This document shows, one piece after another, positions 27,486 to 32,000 of a DNA stretch of 32,000 nt (the first letter of the stretch is position 1; each line of letters opens with the position of its first letter). A program made the translations under genes and the position numbers. Source of the stretch: Pseudomonas aeruginosa (GTDB lineage: Bacteria; Pseudomonadota; Gammaproteobacteria; Pseudomonadales; Pseudomonadaceae); contig NZ_LN831024.1 of NCBI RefSeq assembly GCF_001457615.1, positions 2,370,001 to 2,402,000 on the forward strand. The letters are read 5' to 3'. The notes beneath the pieces were generated by a model that made no database searches, had not been told where the DNA came from, and worked only from the letters and a program-made list of their open reading frames with translations.

Positions 27486-27725
27486 CTAGGGCATCACGCC
27501 CGGGTTCTGTATGGCATGCCAGCATGGTCGAGCCCTTCCCTGATCGACATACCCCGCTCGAAGCCATTTGCGCAGAATCGCTTTATCCATGGGCGTGTTG
27601 GCGAGCAGCCAGTCGCGGCTGATGTTTTCGAAACAGCCACGAATATCCCCCTCGAGGACCCAATGCGCTGACGCGCTTTGCCTGCGCATGATCGTGATTG
27701 CATGGAGCTTCGTTTCTGAAGTGAT
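27486..27725 (-). pseudogene. Internal fragment (~80 codons) of a group II intron-type reverse transcriptase
   Basis: Product ...KLHAITIMRRQSASAHWVLEGDIRGCFENISRDWLLANTPMDKAILRKWLRAGYVDQG matches the RT motif 2-3 region of bacterial group II intron ORFs. It lacks the N-terminus, the YADD motif, the maturase domain and the intron RNA ends. Confidence 0.7.
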
Positions 27726-27851
27726 CTACAGGCTAAGGCAGGACTCCCTGCGCAGCCCTATCGGTTATGCCTCATGAGAGGCATTTACCCCCGCGCTCAG
27801 AGCTGAGACTATCGATGGCAATATCAACATAGGTTGCAAAAGATTCGATAG

Positions 27852-29657
27852 ATGGCTCTTTCGATAAATGATCTACAGGAAATGACCAGCGGGTTCGCTT
27901 CCACTGGATACGGATGCTCGAGCATTCCTTCCTCGCCGCAGAATCCAGTCATGCTGGAATGGACTGATGATGTGGGCGATTTCAGAAAATTTCGCCTCTG
28001 GGTTTATGAGATTACTCATGGTGGTGGCGGCCGTGACGCAAAGGAAAACCGTATCCAGATTACCAACGCTCCCTCCAAGGGGGATGGTATGGACCATGAC
28101 GGAGCCATTGACCTAGTCATGGGTTATTCGCCGAGTCGGCGTGTTCTGGTGGCCTATGACAGGCGATGGTTGGAGAAGCGCATGGAGAAGGGGGAGGGAT
28201 CCCCGTCGGTCCAGGTAAAAGAGGAGGACATTAACGCGGCGCTGGTTACAGGGATACACCGCGTTACCAAGGATGTTTCCTTCGGCGTGGCCAGCATTGT
28301 GACTCTTAAGCCCGAACTTTTTCCCGAATACCTCAAAAATCATGAGGCCTTGCTATCAGGGGCGATGGCGACAAACAGCGTCCCCCAAATAACTGGAGGC
28401 ACCAACGTGTCACTCTGGCAATTCTGTCTTGATCGGGGCTTCTACTTTGAGCCAGACTTGCTGGCTAGGTATGTCGCATCCATTGCTGCTAAGCCATTTG
28501 TGATCCTGGCCGGTGTTAGCGGCACAGGCAAGTCGAAGATGGCGGAGCTGGTGGCGGAATTCTACTCTTCGACTAGGGAAGTGCTTCCAACTACTAAACC
28601 GGCAGGTCGTGCGCCTGCAGTTGGTGATGCATTTATCTTTGCCCCCGATAAATGCAAAAGCGATAAATCTCGTTTTGCCCTAGTGCCCGTGCGGCCTGAC
28701 TGGATCGACAATCAGTCCATTATCGGTTTTGTGAACCCGATCACCGGAAGATACGAGTCGACTCAAGCTCTAGACCTAATGCTCAGAGCCGCAAAGGCTC
28801 TGGAGGATGCCCCGGAAAAGGCTGCCGCCCCCCGTTATTTCATGCTACTCGATGAGATGAATTTGGCGCGCGTAGAGCACTATTTCAGCGACTGGCTTGC
28901 GTGTGCGGAGAGTAGGCGGTACCAACAAGACGGTGCGATCAGTCAGCAACCCATCCCACTGCATCGACATGCTGCGGCAACTGCCAGCCTCATCGGCCCA
29001 GGCCAGGCCGCTGTGGATGTGGACGTTCCAAATGCTCTACCTATCCCCACCAATCTGATAGTGACTGGTACCGTCAACGTCGACGAAACGACTTTTGGCT
29101 TCAGTCCTAAGGTGCTGGACCGTTCGATGGTGATTGAGTTCAATGACGTTGACTTGGATGGTATGAGGTATGGTGTTGCCGCAGCTGTTCAGAACGGCTA
29201 CCGCTTTCCTGAAGAATTACCGCCGTTCCGTTTACCTACGACCGCTGCGTTTAAGGATTTGTCACAAGAAGCGCATGACCACCTTGTTTCGATAAACCGG
29301 ATTTTGGAAAGGGCACAGCTTCACTTTGGCTACAGATCTGCCTCAGAGATCGGTTGTTTCATGCAGATTTATAGCAGCATCCTCCCTGAGGACGTAAACG
29401 ATACTGCTATGCTCCGAGCACTTGATGGGGCCGTTCTTCAGAAGATCTTGCCGCGTATTCAGGGGAACCGAGCCCGGCTGGAGGAAACTCTTTGCACTCT
29501 GCTTTGGTATTTCCGTGATCTCGCTATGCCCGGATCTGACCAGGACATTCAGACTATCAGGTGCGATGATGCAGCGAAGCTCCCGAAGTCTTATTGCCGT
29601 GGTTTTGAAATGCTGGAACGGTTGCGCGGATTCGGCTTTGTGACCTTTTTCAAGTGA
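27852..29657 (+). CDS. McrB-like AAA+ (AAA_5-type) NTPase with an unrecognised ~190-aa N-terminal domain
   Basis: 601-aa ORF. Walker A is GVSGTGKS (nt 28512-28535) and Walker B is LLDEMN (28845-28862). It has a McrB-type sensor/Arg-finger stretch NLIVTGTVNVDETTFGFSPKVLDRSMVIEF and a C-terminal helical lid (HFGYRSASEI...LDGAVLQKILPRIQG). Composition is lower-GC than the core genome. Confidence 0.85.
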   Translation: MALSINDLQEMTSGFASTGYGCSSIPSSPQNPVMLEWTDDVGDFRKFRLWVYEITHGGGGRDAKENRIQITNAPSKGDGMDHDGAIDLVMGYSPSRRVLVAYDRRWLEKRMEKGEGSPSVQVKEEDINAALVTGIHRVTKDVSFGVASIVTLKPELFPEYLKNHEALLSGAMATNSVPQITGGTNVSLWQFCLDRGFYFEPDLLARYVASIAAKPFVILAGVSGTGKSKMAELVAEFYSSTREVLPTTKPAGRAPAVGDAFIFAPDKCKSDKSRFALVPVRPDWIDNQSIIGFVNPITGRYESTQALDLMLRAAKALEDAPEKAAAPRYFMLLDEMNLARVEHYFSDWLACAESRRYQQDGAISQQPIPLHRHAAATASLIGPGQAAVDVDVPNALPIPTNLIVTGTVNVDETTFGFSPKVLDRSMVIEFNDVDLDGMRYGVAAAVQNGYRFPEELPPFRLPTTAAFKDLSQEAHDHLVSINRILERAQLHFGYRSASEIGCFMQIYSSILPEDVNDTAMLRALDGAVLQKILPRIQGNRARLEETLCTLLWYFRDLAMPGSDQDIQTIRCDDAAKLPKSYCRGFEMLERLRGFGFVTFFK

Positions 29658-31231
29658 GTAAGATTGCATTCGAATACCGCCCTCGGCGCTGCGATGGGTT
29701 GAGCTCAGCTCTTGTCGGGGACGTTGTCGACCTGGCGGAGAACGTCGAGTACGTCATTGAATTCCCGGAGGCGCCGTCTGCTTCGGAAGTTGGTGCACTG
29801 CTTGAAGTGGGCTATGAACCTATCGGTGACAAGATGGGCGTGCTGGCTTTCAAAAACTTTGTAGGGACGGCCCGCTTTGCCGGAGTGACCCTGCGGGTTT
29901 CCTCATCCAAACTCGGCGAGGAAGGGGTTTCTGGCCTGCTCGAGCAGGTATCGCGTTTATCATCGAACTTGGTGTTTGGGTGGCGTTCGCCCGCAGGCTT
30001 TTCCGCGATTGCGTCTGGGGACTCTAAGTCTCCAATTCCGTATCACCAGCTGCAGTTTCTGCGAGAAGTCATCCTTCGGCGGGAGGCAGGACTGCGCCTA
30101 CAAGATTTTTTTGCAGTTGTGGAACGGAATCCGACTCGGAGGTTTGTGTTGGAGCGGCCGGTAGTTCCCGCTGAGCGGGTTCGTAGCTTCGATGCGCGCT
30201 CGGTTACCGATATATTTAATCGGCCAGATCGACTGATTACGGTACGCGAGCACTACGCTGTCGCCGGTAGTCCGTTAGCACGGGCCCTCAAAATTGGGGT
30301 ACCTCCTGTAGAGCATTTTCCAGCGCGGGTATCAGTGTCATCACGGCGACTGTCTTTCGACACCCCCGAGAATCGCTTTGTCAAGCACTTTCTCGGAGAG
30401 TGCTTGACCATCGTATATAAGCTGCTCGATGACCGGAACATCCATATTCAAATGCGCTCCGATTGCCGGGAAATGGCAACCATTCTCGAGACAGCCTCGA
30501 GGTCGCTATTCCTATCAGAGGTCGGTGTTCTAACAGCATTCACTGGCCCTACTCATGCTCTTGCCAAGGTGGAGGGCTACAAGGACATTCTGGATCTTTG
30601 GCTGCAGCTGGGGGCGCATCAGTCCTTGCCCACTTCTGAAAGGGAGGTCCAACGGCTGCTCCAAGGAAAAGATGTCGCGCTGTTGTATGAGTATTGGGTG
30701 TTCCTCAAGGTGCTCGAAGCTGTTTCCTTGGTCATGGGCATCTCAGCTGGCTCTGTAACGGTTTCGCGCAGTGCCCTGGGCGAAGGTCTTGATCGCGGCC
30801 TTGTCGTGCGGCTGTCAGCCAGCGTAGCCGTCGCCTTCAACCCCTCCTACGTCAGGTCGGCTGGGGCCGCTTATTCTACTCCGCTAAGGCCGGACGTCGT
30901 TTTGACCCTCAATGGGGCGCGTTTTGCCTTTGACGCGAAGTATCGATTGCAGTGGCTGACATCGTTGGAGGATGGTCAAGATGATGAGGCTTCATTCGTC
31001 CGCGCTGATCTGTACAAAATGCACACATACCGGGATGCGATCACGGATATGAAGGCTGCCTTTGTGGTTTATCCGGGTACGGAGTTTGTGTTTTTTGAGA
31101 GGGGCGGCGGTCGGCGCCAGTGCCCTGGCGAAATTATGGTGTTCGATGGCGTTGGCGCCATTCCGGCGAGGCCGGATGGCGCCGAGGTATCGATGCTACT
31201 GGATCTGGTGCAGGCGTTACTCGATCAGTGA
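29654..31231 (+). CDS. DUF2357-like / McrC-analogous PD-(D/E)xK nuclease partner
   Basis: 525-aa ORF. Its GTG start overlaps the upstream stop (GTGA at 29654-29657). Motifs are FDTPENRFVKHFL (30356-), LLYEYWVF, LRPDVVLTLNGARFAFDAKYR (D414 at 30893-30895; D427/K429 at 30932-30940) and DLYKMHTYRDAI. Confidence 0.8.
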   Translation: MSKIAFEYRPRRCDGLSSALVGDVVDLAENVEYVIEFPEAPSASEVGALLEVGYEPIGDKMGVLAFKNFVGTARFAGVTLRVSSSKLGEEGVSGLLEQVSRLSSNLVFGWRSPAGFSAIASGDSKSPIPYHQLQFLREVILRREAGLRLQDFFAVVERNPTRRFVLERPVVPAERVRSFDARSVTDIFNRPDRLITVREHYAVAGSPLARALKIGVPPVEHFPARVSVSSRRLSFDTPENRFVKHFLGECLTIVYKLLDDRNIHIQMRSDCREMATILETASRSLFLSEVGVLTAFTGPTHALAKVEGYKDILDLWLQLGAHQSLPTSEREVQRLLQGKDVALLYEYWVFLKVLEAVSLVMGISAGSVTVSRSALGEGLDRGLVVRLSASVAVAFNPSYVRSAGAAYSTPLRPDVVLTLNGARFAFDAKYRLQWLTSLEDGQDDEASFVRADLYKMHTYRDAITDMKAAFVVYPGTEFVFFERGGGRRQCPGEIMVFDGVGAIPARPDGAEVSMLLDLVQALLDQ

Positions 31232-32000
31232 ACCTTGTTCTGGTTGTGACGCTTTCTCCATAAGTTCTCGGATGTCTGAGAAGTCGACAAAAATACTGGC
31301 ATCCGTGGAGGCCAGGCGGCGCATTACTTCCGCATGAATTCCCTGGACGCCGCGGACCGCAAATTGGGGGGTGGTGGCAAGCTCGGCTACTAACGCCGGA
31401 AGGTCGAATGCCTTGGCTGTCTTCCTGGGTGGGGTTGTCTTGACCTTCTCGGGTTTGCGAAGGTTCATCACTACGTCGAAATGGGCGACGTCCTCCTGCC
31501 CGCTGCGACCCTTGTAGCCTTTGTGGCTCTGTTGCTTGCGATCAAGGGATGCCGCCTCATGGAACTCAAAGCCTGCTTCCTTCGCCGCGCTCTGAAGGGC
31601 TGCCCAGACTCCTCCGTCGGTGTTATGGAAGACGACAGTGGCCCAACCGCCCGGTTTAAGTACACGAGCTATCTCGCGCATTGCTCCCGTCATTAGTGCT
31701 TCATACCCAGCCAGTGTCTTACCGCCGGCCGATTCGGCAAGTGATTTGTTGACAACCGCCTCATTGGTTGGGTCCGTGATTCTGCCAAGCCATGACTCCC
31801 AGATCAGGTTGCAGTCGGCGTAAAAAAGGTTCGATCCGAAGGGCGGGTCAGTGAAGACATAGTCAATGCTCCCGTCTTGCACATCTGCAAGGTCGGTGGC
31901 GCTCCCGTTCAAGACAAACGGCATCTGTTCGGCCGTAGGCTGGAAGGTGGCATAGTATCTTTTCAACTGCGCGATCTTGTTGCGCATGACTTCGAAAACG
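31217..32000 (-). CDS. DNA (N6-adenine or N4-cytosine type) methyltransferase, C-terminal part; the ORF stays open to the window edge
   Basis: Motif IV is IDYVFTDPPFG (DPPF at 31838-31849), followed by ARVLKPGGWATVVFHN. No FxGxG AdoMet motif lies downstream of DPPF, so it must lie upstream, beyond 32000. There is no in-frame stop between 31988 and 32000. Its 3' end overlaps the nuclease gene by 15 nt. Confidence 0.8.
   Translation of the reverse strand, partial: VFEVMRNKIAQLKRYYATFQPTAEQMPFVLNGSATDLADVQDGSIDYVFTDPPFGSNLFYADCNLIWESWLGRITDPTNEAVVNKSLAESAGGKTLAGYEALMTGAMREIARVLKPGGWATVVFHNTDGGVWAALQSAAKEAGFEFHEAASLDRKQQSHKGYKGRSGQEDVAHFDVVMNLRKPEKVKTTPPRKTAKAFDLPALVAELATTPQFAVRGVQGIHAEVMRRLASTDASIFVDFSDIRELMEKASQPEQGSLIE

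Overview
High-GC gammaproteobacterial chromosome. Gene content and order look like Pseudomonas aeruginosa, roughly PAO1 PA2766 to PA2737 read in reverse; that synteny is from memory and unverified. Positions 1-26.99 kb are ordinary core genome. They carry a TetR regulator, DyP peroxidase, two alpha/beta hydrolases, an OprD-family porin, a divergent LysR/PACE-transporter pair, ecotin, an ElaB-like protein, a YqaA/DedA protein and a YihY/BrkB protein. They also carry tandem secreted nucleases (EndA plus an SNase-like protein), a ParD-like gene coupled to a methionine aminopeptidase paralog, many small lipoprotein and membrane genes, and the conserved thrS-infC-rpmI-rplT-pheS-pheT-ihfA-merR cluster ending in tRNA-Pro(GGG). 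Directly after the tRNA terminator (~26.99 kb) the sequence becomes visibly more AT-rich and codon usage changes, marking an accessory island. The island opens with two truncated mobile-element scars: an IS3-family transposase C-terminus abutting a group II intron reverse-transcriptase fragment. Its cargo is a translationally coupled pair, a McrB-like AAA+ NTPase with an unrecognised ~190-aa N-terminal domain and a DUF2357-like PD-(D/E)xK nuclease. The 3' end of this pair overlaps the 3' end of a convergent DNA methyltransferase (DPPF motif) that runs off the window edge. This McrBC-like plus methyltransferase locus is the best candidate for a poorly characterised or novel defence system, and it is only partly inside the window. 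Smaller observations are two families of paralogous mini-proteins, a candidate sigma-54/IHF promoter, an apparent frameshift in a secreted-protein gene, a terminator abutting pheS with no leader peptide, and unannotated small ORFs with strong Shine-Dalgarno sites. No CRISPR array, rRNA or intact mobile element was seen. CDS coordinates include the stop codon.
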